The position numbers and the translations under genes are program-made. A stretch of 64,000 nucleotides of DNA, taken from assembly GCA_043815505.1 (NCBI GenBank), contig JBDRIV010000002.1:438943-502942 (forward strand). The letters run 5' to 3'. Numbering within the stretch: position 1 is the first letter of the stretch; every line of letters starts with the position of its first letter. This document shows positions 10,272 through 19,780 of this stretch, piece by piece. The notes under the pieces are model-generated. The model was not told the origin of the DNA. It saw only the letters and a program-made list of their open reading frames with translations, and did not search any database. Origin of the DNA: a bacterium (lineage in GTDB: Bacteria > Patescibacteriota > JABMPQ01 > JBDRIV01).

Positions 10272-10835
10272 ATGTATAAAGAAATAATTGTAGATTTAAA
10301 AAATAATAAATTTTCTAAAATTAAAGAGTTTTTGCAAAAAGAAATGGTGGCTTTAAAAACAGGTAGAGCCTCTACTGGTTTGGTAGAGGATATTGAGGTG
10401 GAAAGTTATGGGGCCAAACAGCCTTTGAAACAATTGGCCAGTATTTCTATTCCCGAACCAAGACAGATTGCTATTCAACCCTGGGATAAATCAACAATGC
10501 AAGCAATTGAAAAGGCTATAGCTAGCAATGATAAATTAGGCTTAACTCCTAATGTTCAAGGTGATTTAATTAGATTAAATTTACCTGAGTTAAATGAAGA
10601 ATCACGAACAAATTTAGCAAAAATTGTAAAATCAAAATGCGAAGAAGCTAAGGTAAGTATTCGCAATGAACGTGAAGATGCTTGGAAGGAAATTAAAAAA
10701 CTTGAAAACGACAACCAGATTAATGAAGACGATTTGCATAAAGCTCAAGAAGAATTAAATGAAGTGGTAAATGAAATTAATAAAGAATTAGATGATATGG
10801 CAGATAAAAAAGAAAAGGAGGTAATGACAGTTTAA
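10272..10835 (+). CDS. frr: Ribosome recycling factor
   Basis: LKTGRASTGLVEDIEVESYGAKQPLKQLASISIPEPRQIAIQPWDKS is a strong RRF signature. Confidence 0.9.
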   Translation: MYKEIIVDLKNNKFSKIKEFLQKEMVALKTGRASTGLVEDIEVESYGAKQPLKQLASISIPEPRQIAIQPWDKSTMQAIEKAIASNDKLGLTPNVQGDLIRLNLPELNEESRTNLAKIVKSKCEEAKVSIRNEREDAWKEIKKLENDNQINEDDLHKAQEELNEVVNEINKELDDMADKKEKEVMTV

Positions 10836-11938
10836 TGCTAACTATTGCTATTGTTTTTATAATACTTTTAGGAGCGGTTATCTTTGTCCATGAATTAGGA
10901 CATTTTATTACTGCCAAAAAAATGGGTGCCAAGGTTGAAGAATTTGGTTTTGGTTTTCCACCGCGAATTTTTGGTATAAAAAGAGGTGAAACCACATACT
11001 CACTGAACTGGATTCCGATAGGAGGTTTTGTAAAAATATTAGGTGAGGATGGAGATAAAGCAGAAGACCCACGAAGTTTTGGATCAAAAAAACCTTGGCA
11101 GCGAGCATTAATGGCTACAGCTGGAGTAATGATGAATTTTTTATTTGCCGCTATTTTGTTAATGACGGTAGCTAAAATTGGTATTCCAGAAATGATTAAC
11201 GATGAGAATAAAGATATTGCTCGTGATCAAAAAATTCAAATAGTTTCTGTGGCGGAAGGTTCAATTGTAGAAGATAAAATTAAAATAGGCGATATTTTGC
11301 AATCAATTGATGACAAGGGATTTGAGGAAGTAAACGCCATTGGTGATTATACCAGTGAAAAAAAAGGTGAAACTGTAAAAGTAAAAGTAACTAGAGGGGA
11401 TACAATTGTTGAAGAAGAATATTCCATTCCAGAAGAAATTGAAGAGGGTAAGGGTGCACTGGGAATTGGACTCGTAAAAACTGGTTTGGTTAAGTATCCT
11501 TGGTATAAGGCTATTGGCATTGGTATCTCGGCCACCTTTTCCATAACAGTTTTAACAGTTTCTGCTTTCTTTACCATAGTTAAGGATTTGATATTTTCAC
11601 ACCATCTATCTGGTGATGTAGCTGGACCAGTTGGCATTGCTGTAATGACCGGTCAAGTTTATGAAATGGGATTAGTTTATTTGTTGCAGTTTGCAGCAGT
11701 TTTAAGTATAAATTTAGGTATAATTAATATCTTGCCACTGCCAGCTTTAGACGGCGGTCGTTTACTATTCATAATTATAGAAAAAATAAGAGGCAAGAAA
11801 GTTTCGGCTCGAGCTGAAGGAATGATTCATACCATTGGATTTTTTGCCCTCATTACTTTGGTGCTGGTTATAACATTTTGGGATGTAATACGATCAAAAG
11901 AAATATTAATTAATTTTTGGAACAACATTTTTGGATAG
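10835..11938 (+). CDS. rseP: RIP metalloprotease RseP (site-2 protease)
   Basis: HELGHF zinc motif in the first TM region, PDZ-like central domain, LDGG motif (LPALDGGRL). The frr-rseP neighbourhood is common. Confidence 0.85.
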   Translation: MLTIAIVFIILLGAVIFVHELGHFITAKKMGAKVEEFGFGFPPRIFGIKRGETTYSLNWIPIGGFVKILGEDGDKAEDPRSFGSKKPWQRALMATAGVMMNFLFAAILLMTVAKIGIPEMINDENKDIARDQKIQIVSVAEGSIVEDKIKIGDILQSIDDKGFEEVNAIGDYTSEKKGETVKVKVTRGDTIVEEEYSIPEEIEEGKGALGIGLVKTGLVKYPWYKAIGIGISATFSITVLTVSAFFTIVKDLIFSHHLSGDVAGPVGIAVMTGQVYEMGLVYLLQFAAVLSINLGIINILPLPALDGGRLLFIIIEKIRGKKVSARAEGMIHTIGFFALITLVLVITFWDVIRSKEILINFWNNIFG

Positions 11939-12036
11939 TATAGCTTAATCTGTACAAACGAATTGTTCAGGTATTATTAAATAAGAGGCTTTACAAAAAG
12001 ATTCTCTTATTTTATATTACATAGACAGAATACTAT

Positions 12037-13089
12037 ATGTTTAAACGTTTCAGACAAGTTATTTCTAAAGATATTGGTATTGACCTCGGCACGGCCAATA
12101 CTCTTGTTTATGTTAAAGGCAAGGGCATTGTTATAAATGAACCATCGGTGGTGGCTATTAACAAACAAACTGGCCAAATTTTAGCTATTGGGAATGAGGC
12201 AAAGAAAATGGTGGGCCGAACACCATCACACATTGTGGCTTCTCGGCCACTAGTTGATGGAGTTGTTTCTGACTTTGAGGTAACAGAACAAATGCTAAAA
12301 TATTTTATTGAAAAAGTTCATCAAGAAGGTTTCAATCTTTTTCCGCGACCAAGAGTTGTGATTGGTATTCCTTCAGGAGTAACAGAAGTTGAAAAGAGAG
12401 CCGTGCAAGACGCTGCTCTGCAAGCTGGTGCCAAAGAAGCCTTTCTAATTGAGGAACCAATGGCAGCTGCTATCGGAGCTAGATTACCAGTTCAAGATGC
12501 AACCGGATCAATAATTGTTGACATTGGTGGTGGCACAACCGAAGTGGCAGTTATTTCACTTGGTGGTGTGGTGATTTCTAAATCCTTAAGAATTGCCGGG
12601 GATGAAATGAATGAAAATATTATTCAATATGCTCGTGATGAGTTCAATTTATTACTTGGTGAGAGAACAGCCGAGGATATTAAAATTGCAATTGGTTCCG
12701 CCTTTGAACTTGATGAACCTCTAGAAACCAGTATGCGCGGCCGAGATTTAATTACGGGGCTTCCAAAAGAAGTAGTTGTAAATGATGAACAAATTAGAAA
12801 AGCCTTATCAAAATCAGTACGTACAATTATTAATGAAATTAAAAACACTATTGAAGAAACGCCACCAGAATTAGTGGCTGATATAATGGATAGAGGAATT
12901 ATTCTCGCTGGCGGTGGTGTGCAGTTAAGAAATTTTGATTACTTAGTAATGCAACAAACTCAAATAGCTACTCATATAGCTGACGATCCCATGACTTGTG
13001 TTGTGCGCGGAACTGGTTTAGTTCTAGAAGACATAGACACTCTTCGTGACGTTTTGGTGCCAACTCAATTTGAAAGAGCGCCACATTAG
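12037..13089 (+). CDS. mreB: Rod shape-determining protein MreB (paralog 2, in mreBCD-pbp2 operon)
   Basis: Same actin-like motifs as paralog 1 (IDLGTANTLV, IDIGGGTTEVAVISLGG, LAGGGVQLRN). Followed by mreC, mreD, mrdA. Confidence 0.9.
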   Translation: MFKRFRQVISKDIGIDLGTANTLVYVKGKGIVINEPSVVAINKQTGQILAIGNEAKKMVGRTPSHIVASRPLVDGVVSDFEVTEQMLKYFIEKVHQEGFNLFPRPRVVIGIPSGVTEVEKRAVQDAALQAGAKEAFLIEEPMAAAIGARLPVQDATGSIIVDIGGGTTEVAVISLGGVVISKSLRIAGDEMNENIIQYARDEFNLLLGERTAEDIKIAIGSAFELDEPLETSMRGRDLITGLPKEVVVNDEQIRKALSKSVRTIINEIKNTIEETPPELVADIMDRGIILAGGGVQLRNFDYLVMQQTQIATHIADDPMTCVVRGTGLVLEDIDTLRDVLVPTQFERAPH

Positions 13090-13101
13090 AAAAAATAAAT
13101 A

Positions 13102-13917
13102 ATGGCTAGAAGAAACAGACAATTTTCACCAATTTTGATAATTTTTATTATCACGCTGGTTTTGGTTTTCCTTTTTGGGATATTGCGAGCCTTTGGTTGG
13201 TCAGCGCCTCTAGAAAATACTGCCAAAAAAGTATTTTCTCCAGTTCAGAAAATATTTTATTCTATTGGTCACACATTTTCTAATGGGTATAACATCATAA
13301 CCTCAATTGGTGATTACAAAGAAGAAAATAAAACCTTAATTGAAGAAGTGAGTGAACTAAAAGCGAAAGTTTCCAAACTTAGTGAAGTGGAAAAAGAAAA
13401 TGAATTCTTACGTGGGCAATTAGCTTTGGTGGCGGAAAATGATTGGCAGCTATTTCCCGGCAAAGTTATAGGAAGCGATCCTTACAATCTAACAGAGTTT
13501 TTGATAATAAATGTGGGGGAAGAAGATAATATAAAAATCGATATGCCAGTAATTTCTGGCTCAGGAATTCTTGTCGGTCGCATCAGTGAGGTTTTTCCAA
13601 CCACTGCTCATGTTTTATTGCTGACAGATTCTACCAGCAAAATTCATGCCATTTTACAAAAATCTCGGGCCAGTGGAATTGTGCAAGGCGAACATAGAAT
13701 AGGAGTTAAAATAACTTCTATTCCTCAAGATATTTTTGTTGAAAAAGGTGAACGTATTGTAACTTCTGGATCAACCGGAATATTTCCGCAAGGGATTTTA
13801 ATTGGCGAAGTTTTAGAAGTTAATACCACCGATAACGAATTATTTCAAGAAGCAACCATTAAACAAAGTGTGGATTTTAAAACTATTGAAGAAGTTTCAG
13901 TAATTACAAGTTTTTAA
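13102..13917 (+). CDS. mreC: Rod shape-determining protein MreC
   Basis: N-terminal TM, then coiled coil (ENKTLIEEVSELKAKVSKLSEVEKENEFLRGQLA), then beta-rich C-terminal domain. Position after mreB. Confidence 0.75.
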   Translation: MARRNRQFSPILIIFIITLVLVFLFGILRAFGWSAPLENTAKKVFSPVQKIFYSIGHTFSNGYNIITSIGDYKEENKTLIEEVSELKAKVSKLSEVEKENEFLRGQLALVAENDWQLFPGKVIGSDPYNLTEFLIINVGEEDNIKIDMPVISGSGILVGRISEVFPTTAHVLLLTDSTSKIHAILQKSRASGIVQGEHRIGVKITSIPQDIFVEKGERIVTSGSTGIFPQGILIGEVLEVNTTDNELFQEATIKQSVDFKTIEEVSVITSF

Positions 13918-14441
13918 TGAAACGTTTATATTTAATCCTAACTTTTTTTGTAATCTGGATTTTGGAAATGATGTTTCTGCCAGCTGTTAGTTTTATTGCT
14001 CCCATAGCTTTATTTTTAGCTGGCATTACCACTTTAAATATTTTATTAGATTATCGCCGCGCGTTGTATTACAGTCTTTGGTTTGGCCTTTTAACTGATG
14101 CTGTAATCGGTAGATCCCTTGGAGTTACTGCTCTAAGTTGGTTAAGTGCAAGTTTGGTTGTATATTTAATTATCAAAAATATTGTTTCTAACAGAGAAAG
14201 ATTCTCTAAGTTAGGATTATATACCTTGGCTTTAGTTGTAAATTATCTAGTTCTTATTGGTTCACTACTGTTATTAGAAAAATTAAATTTAAATGTAATT
14301 CCTCTAGAATTTTCTGGTCTTAATTTGTTAGACATATTGATTTCGATAATTGTAAGTTTATTAGCTTTTCCTCTAATTTATAAAACAACCAAGAAAGTTT
14401 ATGAATTTGTAAATAAAAAAGAAGCAACTATACATATCTAA
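13917..14441 (+). CDS. mreD: Rod shape-determining protein MreD (polytopic membrane)
   Basis: Five hydrophobic segments, ~170 aa, positioned between mreC and PBP2. Start overlaps mreC stop. Confidence 0.55.
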   Translation: MKRLYLILTFFVIWILEMMFLPAVSFIAPIALFLAGITTLNILLDYRRALYYSLWFGLLTDAVIGRSLGVTALSWLSASLVVYLIIKNIVSNRERFSKLGLYTLALVVNYLVLIGSLLLLEKLNLNVIPLEFSGLNLLDILISIIVSLLAFPLIYKTTKKVYEFVNKKEATIHI

Positions 14442-16427
14442 ATGAATGATAATAACGATTTCTTTAACGTTCCGCCTTTAAATAGAAGGGGTGGCGTTGG
14501 TGGAAAAAAATTTGGTGAAGAATGGAGTGAGGATATAACAGATCCCGGACTTGATGGTCAAGCAACCATTAGGCCGCTTTTTAATTATAAAAAATTACGT
14601 TACTTAGCAATAATTCTATTTTTACCTTTGTTAATAATATTTGGGCGCTTAGTTTATCTACAAGGTTATATGTCTGATTCTTTTATGGCGCAAGCCGAAG
14701 AAAATAGAATTAGAAAAATTGTGGTGCGTGCTCCTCGAGGAATTATTTATGACCGTTACGGAGAAATACTAGTAAAAAACGTGCCCAGTTTTGATTTAGA
14801 AATCGTACCTTTTGATGTGCCTAAAGATGATTCCGACAGAGAATCACAATTTTACACTATTGCCAGTGAAGCTAAAATTTCTTTGGATGAAATTGTAAAA
14901 GCTTACGAAGAAAAAGATCCACTTAGTCATGAACCGGTTTTAATCAAAGAAGGTATCGAAAGAGAAGAGGCTCTAACACTGGAAACTAATTTACAAGATA
15001 TAACTTTTGCCCAAATTGCTAAAAATCCTATTAGAGAATATATAGAACCAGAATTATATGCTCATATTTTAGGTTACATGGGTAAATTAACAAAAGAAGA
15101 ATTTGATGCTAATCGGGATTCGGAAAAAGAATATTTATTTAATGATTATATTGGCAAAAATGGTTTGGAATATTATTATGAGGACTATTTGCGGGGATAT
15201 AATGGTGTAAAATATGTTGAAGTTGATGTTCATGGTCGGGAGAAAAATGTAATTGCTTCCAAAGAAGGCGTGGCCGGTGACGATGTGGTGTTAGAAATTG
15301 ATGCGGGACTGCAAGATAGAATTTTGCAAGCTCTCAATGACAGTATGTCAAAAATGAATTTAAATAAAGGTGTAGTAATAGCATCTGATCCTATAACTGG
15401 AGAAATATTAGCTATGGTCAGCTTGCCGAGTTTCGATAATAATAATTTTGCTAGAGGTATTAGTCAGGATGATTATAACAATTTAATTAATAATACTAGC
15501 AAGCCACTTTTAAATCGAGCCATTCAAGGTACTTATCCACCAGGCTCAACCATTAAACCGGTTGTAGCTGCTGCTGCTTTACAAGAAAATATTGTTAGTG
15601 CCGGAACAATAATTGTGGACCGAGGTGCTATCTCTGTTCCTAATAAATACAATCCCGATATTGTTTATGAATTCGTTGGTTGGGATCGTTCGGGACTGGG
15701 TGCTATGACCGTAACGAGCGCGATTGCTAAATCTTCTGATATTTATTTCTATACCGTGGCTGGTGGTGATGGTGACATCAAAGGACTGGGTGTAAAAAAG
15801 CTGGCAGACTATTACGAAAATTTTAATCTGGGAAAAAAAGTAGGAATTGATTTACCCGGAGAAGAATCGGGTTTGGTGCCAAATCCAGACTGGAAAGAAG
15901 AAGTTATTGGTGAAGCTTGGTATCAAGGCGATACTTATCATATGGGGATTGGACAAGGGGATGTGTTAACAACTCCACTACAAGTTCTGCACTGGACAGC
16001 ATCAATTGCTAATCATGGTAATCAAAGACAACCTCATTTATTAAAAAAAACCATCAATACAGCGGGGGAAGAAAATAATGTGGAACCTAAAACAATAAAG
16101 AAGAATTTTATTTCTGATACAAATATGGATTATGTTCGTCAGGGCATGAAGGAAACTGTTGAATATGGATCAGGTGTTCGTTTAAAGAGCCTACCCGTAT
16201 CAGCTGGTGGTAAAACTGGAACGGCGCAGTTTTCTAATAACGAGAGTACCCATGCTTGGTTCACCGCTTTTGCTCCCTTTGATAATCCCGAAATTGCCAT
16301 TGTGGTCTTAGTGGAAGGTGGAGCCGAAGGTGGCGGTGAAGGACATGATACAGCCGTACCAGTTGCTTATGATGTCTTAAACTGGTATTTTACAGAAGGT
16401 AAACAAAGAGAGGTAATAGAAAAATAA
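14442..16427 (+). CDS. mrdA: Penicillin-binding protein 2 (elongasome transpeptidase)
   Basis: TM anchor and PBP dimerisation domain. Transpeptidase motifs STIKP (SxxK), SSD (SxN-like) and KTGT. Confidence 0.85.
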   Translation: MNDNNDFFNVPPLNRRGGVGGKKFGEEWSEDITDPGLDGQATIRPLFNYKKLRYLAIILFLPLLIIFGRLVYLQGYMSDSFMAQAEENRIRKIVVRAPRGIIYDRYGEILVKNVPSFDLEIVPFDVPKDDSDRESQFYTIASEAKISLDEIVKAYEEKDPLSHEPVLIKEGIEREEALTLETNLQDITFAQIAKNPIREYIEPELYAHILGYMGKLTKEEFDANRDSEKEYLFNDYIGKNGLEYYYEDYLRGYNGVKYVEVDVHGREKNVIASKEGVAGDDVVLEIDAGLQDRILQALNDSMSKMNLNKGVVIASDPITGEILAMVSLPSFDNNNFARGISQDDYNNLINNTSKPLLNRAIQGTYPPGSTIKPVVAAAALQENIVSAGTIIVDRGAISVPNKYNPDIVYEFVGWDRSGLGAMTVTSAIAKSSDIYFYTVAGGDGDIKGLGVKKLADYYENFNLGKKVGIDLPGEESGLVPNPDWKEEVIGEAWYQGDTYHMGIGQGDVLTTPLQVLHWTASIANHGNQRQPHLLKKTINTAGEENNVEPKTIKKNFISDTNMDYVRQGMKETVEYGSGVRLKSLPVSAGGKTGTAQFSNNESTHAWFTAFAPFDNPEIAIVVLVEGGAEGGGEGHDTAVPVAYDVLNWYFTEGKQREVIEK

Positions 16428-17260
16428 TGCAAGCAAAAATTATAAACGGAAAATTTTATGCTAACAAAACTTTGGCTAAGCTTAAAGTTGAGGTGAAAAA
16501 ATTAAAAGCCCAGAAAAAGTTGGTTAAATTAGCAGTTATTTTAATTGGCAATGATAAATCATCAATTTCTTTTATCAAGAAAAAAGAGAAAGCTTGTCAA
16601 CAAATTGGTATTGATTTTCAGTTATATAATTTAAGTAAAAATAGTTCTCCAACAGAAATAATAAAAACTATTAAAACTGCTCAAAAAAATGTCAATGGCT
16701 TAATTGTGCAATTACCAATTCCTGGAATTAAACATCCAAGTAATATTCTTGATAACATTTCTTGTGCAAAAGACGTTGATTGTTTAACGACAACTAATTT
16801 AGGAAAATTAACATCTGGTCATCCCAGATATTTACCACCAACCGCTTCTGCCGTGATGGAAATATTTAGGAAAGAAAAAATCTCTCTTATTGGTAAACAT
16901 ATTGTAATGGTTGGCAAGGGTGATTTGGTAGGCAAACCACTAGCAATTTTATTAACGCAGGACAAAGTAACATTAACTATTTGTAATCGCTACACAAAGA
17001 ATTTAGCCTTTCATACCAAACAGGCTGATATTTTAATTTCGGCTGTTGGCATTCCCAAATTAATTACCAAGAATATGATTAAGGCCAAGGCCGTGGTTAT
17101 TGATGCCGGTATCAGTTTTAAAGGAAAAAATATTTACGGCGACGTAGAGTGGAAAAAAGCTTTGGCTAAAGCTGCCAAAATTACTCCTGTTCCTGGAGGT
17201 GTGGGACCATTAACTGTGGCCGAGCTTCTAAAAAATGTTGTACAAGCAGCTAGTAAGTGA
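16427..17260 (+). CDS. folD: Bifunctional methylenetetrahydrofolate dehydrogenase/cyclohydrolase
   Basis: LAVILIGNDKSS...VQLPIP...VMVGKGDLVGKPLAILL...PVPGGVGPLTVAELL matches FolD. Confidence 0.85.
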   Translation: MQAKIINGKFYANKTLAKLKVEVKKLKAQKKLVKLAVILIGNDKSSISFIKKKEKACQQIGIDFQLYNLSKNSSPTEIIKTIKTAQKNVNGLIVQLPIPGIKHPSNILDNISCAKDVDCLTTTNLGKLTSGHPRYLPPTASAVMEIFRKEKISLIGKHIVMVGKGDLVGKPLAILLTQDKVTLTICNRYTKNLAFHTKQADILISAVGIPKLITKNMIKAKAVVIDAGISFKGKNIYGDVEWKKALAKAAKITPVPGGVGPLTVAELLKNVVQAASK

Positions 17261-17264
17261 AGTA

Positions 17265-17293
17265 TTGACAACCTTAAAAGAATTAGCTAAAAT
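17265..17293 (+). promoter_or_regulatory. Sigma70-like promoter upstream of greA
   Basis: TTGACA (17265-17270), 17-nt spacer, TAAAAT (17288-17293). ~38 nt upstream of the greA ATG. Confidence 0.4.
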
Positions 17294-17331
17294 ACTTTTA
17301 TCTTAAAACGACATTTAAAGTCTTTTTTATT

Positions 17332-17796
17332 ATGCCCAAAGAAAACTATATAACCAAAGATGGATTAGAACAACTCAAATCAGAATTGGAATATTATAAA
17401 AACGAACGGCGCATGGAAGTTGCTAATCGTATACGCGAAGCTAAAGCCCAAGGTGACCTTTCTGAGAATGCTGAATACGCGGAAGCCAAAACGGAACAAG
17501 AATATGTGGAAAGAAGAATTTCTGAACTTAAAGAAATTATAAAAAGAGCTAAAGTTATTGAAGATAGTGATCAACCCAAAGATATGGCTGGTTTAGGTTC
17601 AACGGTGGAAATTAAAGATTCCGAAGCAATTAAATCTTACACCATCGTGGGCTCAAATGAAGCCGATCCACTAAATGGTAGAATTTCTAATGAATCGCCA
17701 ATTGGAAAAGCGCTGCTTGGTTGCAGGGTTAAAGATGAAGTGGTTGTTACAACTCCAAATGGGGAAACAATTTACAAGGTTTTATCAATCAATTAA
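17332..17796 (+). CDS. greA: Transcription elongation factor GreA
   Basis: N-terminal coiled coil with DLSENAEYAEAK motif and C-terminal FKBP-like domain. Confidence 0.9.
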   Translation: MPKENYITKDGLEQLKSELEYYKNERRMEVANRIREAKAQGDLSENAEYAEAKTEQEYVERRISELKEIIKRAKVIEDSDQPKDMAGLGSTVEIKDSEAIKSYTIVGSNEADPLNGRISNESPIGKALLGCRVKDEVVVTTPNGETIYKVLSIN

Positions 17797-17833
17797 AAAT
17801 CTCTTCAAATTAAAGCAAGTGGGGAGATTTTTT
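17797..17833 (+). terminator. Putative intrinsic terminator after greA
   Basis: AAATCTC...GAGATTT stem followed by TTTTTT, directly after the greA stop. Confidence 0.35.
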
Positions 17834-17904
17834 GATTTATCTACTTGAAAATGAGGAGGGTATAAGGTACAATACAAGCAATATTTGACATTAAGTACAT
17901 ATTT

Positions 17905-19368
17905 GTGGCAAAAAATATTGATGAACTGATAAAAGCACGTCTTAAAAAACTAAAAGAGCTAAAAAACAAGGGTATAAACCCTTATCCAGCTATAGTCGAG
18001 CTAAGTCTAACTAAAGGTGGAATAGGGGCTGTTTTAAGCAGTTTTGAGAGCCTGAAGCAAGCTACAATAGCTGGGCGGCTGAAATTGATAAGAAATATGG
18101 GAAAAATCACTTTCGCTCATCTAGAGGATGGCTCTGCCAAGATGCAAATAATGTTTAAGAAAGATGATTTGGGCGATAAATATCAAAATTTGAAATTGCT
18201 TGATATTGGAGACTTCATTGCTGTTAGTGGTGATACCTTTAAAACAAAAACCAAGGAAAAAACCGTCGTAGTAAAAAATTGGCAATTACTGACAAAATCA
18301 GTTCGTCCTTTGCCGGAAAAATGGCACGGTTTAAGTGATTTGGAAACAAAACAACGTCAACGTTATTTGGATTTAATAATGAACGCAGATGTAAAAGAAA
18401 GATTTCGTTTGCGTAATAAATTCATTCAAGAATTTAGAAGTTTCTTTGAAAAAAATGATTTTCTGGAAGTTGAGACTCCCGTGTTAGAACAAACACCTGG
18501 AGGAGCTGACGCCACACCATTTGTAACTCATCATGAAACTTTAGATACAGATTACTATTTACGCATATCTTTAGAATTACACTTGAAAAGATTGATTGTG
18601 GGTGGTTATGAAAAAGTATTTGAAATTGGCAAAGTATTTAGAAATGAAGGTATGAGTAGAGAGCATTTGCAGGAATTTACCGAACTTGAATGTTACGCTG
18701 CCTATTGGGATTATAAAAAATTGATGAAGGAAATGGAAAAATGCTATAAAGAAGTTTTGCAGAATACTTTTGGGAAATTACAATTTGAATATGACGGTCA
18801 AAAAATTGATTTTAGTAAAAAGTGGGAAGAAATTGATTACAACGAATTGCTAAAGCAAGACACCGGAGTTGATATTTCAAAAGCAAATGACAAGGAACTT
18901 ATAGATCTTCTAAAAAAACATAAAGTTGATTTTGATAAAAATATGGGACGAGGAAAATTAATTGATCAGCTATACAAAAAAGTTTGTCGTACCAAGATCG
19001 TGGGTCCAGCCTTTCTTGTTAATCATCCTATAGAAATTTCACCCTTAGCCAAGAAACATGATCAAGACGAAAAACATGTGCAACGTTTTCAAATTATTAT
19101 TGCCGGCTCAGAAATTGGTAACGGTTTTTCAGAATTAAATGATCCAGCTGAACAAAGAAAAAGATTTGAGGAGCAAATGAAATTAAGAGAGCAAGGTGAT
19201 ACTGAAGCCCATTTAATAGATAATGATTATATTGAAGCCTTAGAATATGGTATGCCACCAACTGCGGGATTTGGCGTAGGGCTGGATAGATTATTTGTAA
19301 TTACAGCCAATTTAAATTCAATACGCGAAGCAGTTCTTTTCCCAACTTTTAAACCCAAAGCTAAATAA
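17905..19368 (+). CDS. lysS: Lysine--tRNA ligase (class II)
   Basis: OB-fold N-domain and class II motifs (FRNEGMSREHLQEFTELECY; GLDRLFV). GTG start. Confidence 0.9.
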   Translation: MAKNIDELIKARLKKLKELKNKGINPYPAIVELSLTKGGIGAVLSSFESLKQATIAGRLKLIRNMGKITFAHLEDGSAKMQIMFKKDDLGDKYQNLKLLDIGDFIAVSGDTFKTKTKEKTVVVKNWQLLTKSVRPLPEKWHGLSDLETKQRQRYLDLIMNADVKERFRLRNKFIQEFRSFFEKNDFLEVETPVLEQTPGGADATPFVTHHETLDTDYYLRISLELHLKRLIVGGYEKVFEIGKVFRNEGMSREHLQEFTELECYAAYWDYKKLMKEMEKCYKEVLQNTFGKLQFEYDGQKIDFSKKWEEIDYNELLKQDTGVDISKANDKELIDLLKKHKVDFDKNMGRGKLIDQLYKKVCRTKIVGPAFLVNHPIEISPLAKKHDQDEKHVQRFQIIIAGSEIGNGFSELNDPAEQRKRFEEQMKLREQGDTEAHLIDNDYIEALEYGMPPTAGFGVGLDRLFVITANLNSIREAVLFPTFKPKAK

Positions 19369-19373
19369 ATTAT

Positions 19374-19778
19374 ATGACCAAAGTTTTAGTATTTGGAACT
19401 TTTGATGTTTTGCATGCCGGACATTTGTCGTTTCTTAAACAAGCGCGACAATTTGGTGAAGAATTAAAGGTAATTGTGGCTAAGGACGAAACGGTAAAAA
19501 GTATAAAAGGCAAGAAACCAAGACAAGATGAGAATAAGCGTTTACAGAAAGTGCAAGCTATTGATTTAGTTAATTCTGCCAGACTGGGTTACATTAATCA
19601 GGGACTAAAGATTGTAGAAGAAGAAGAACCGGATGTAATTTGTCTGGGTTACGATCAAAAAAATGCTTTTGAACAAAAACTTTGGCAAAACATCTACAAT
19701 TTTTCTAAACCCATAAGCATAATAAGGTTAATTCCTTGGCAACAAAAAATTTATAAATCATCATTAATAAAACAATAA
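19374..19778 (+). CDS. Cytidylyltransferase-like nucleotidyltransferase, archaeal RibL (FAD synthetase)-like
   Basis: GTFDVLHAGH (HxGH motif), then KVIVAKDETVKSIKGKKPRQDENKR, resembling archaeal FMN adenylyltransferase RibL / glycerol-3-P cytidylyltransferase. Confidence 0.55.
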   Translation: MTKVLVFGTFDVLHAGHLSFLKQARQFGEELKVIVAKDETVKSIKGKKPRQDENKRLQKVQAIDLVNSARLGYINQGLKIVEEEEPDVICLGYDQKNAFEQKLWQNIYNFSKPISIIRLIPWQQKIYKSSLIKQ

Positions 19779-19780
19779 AT

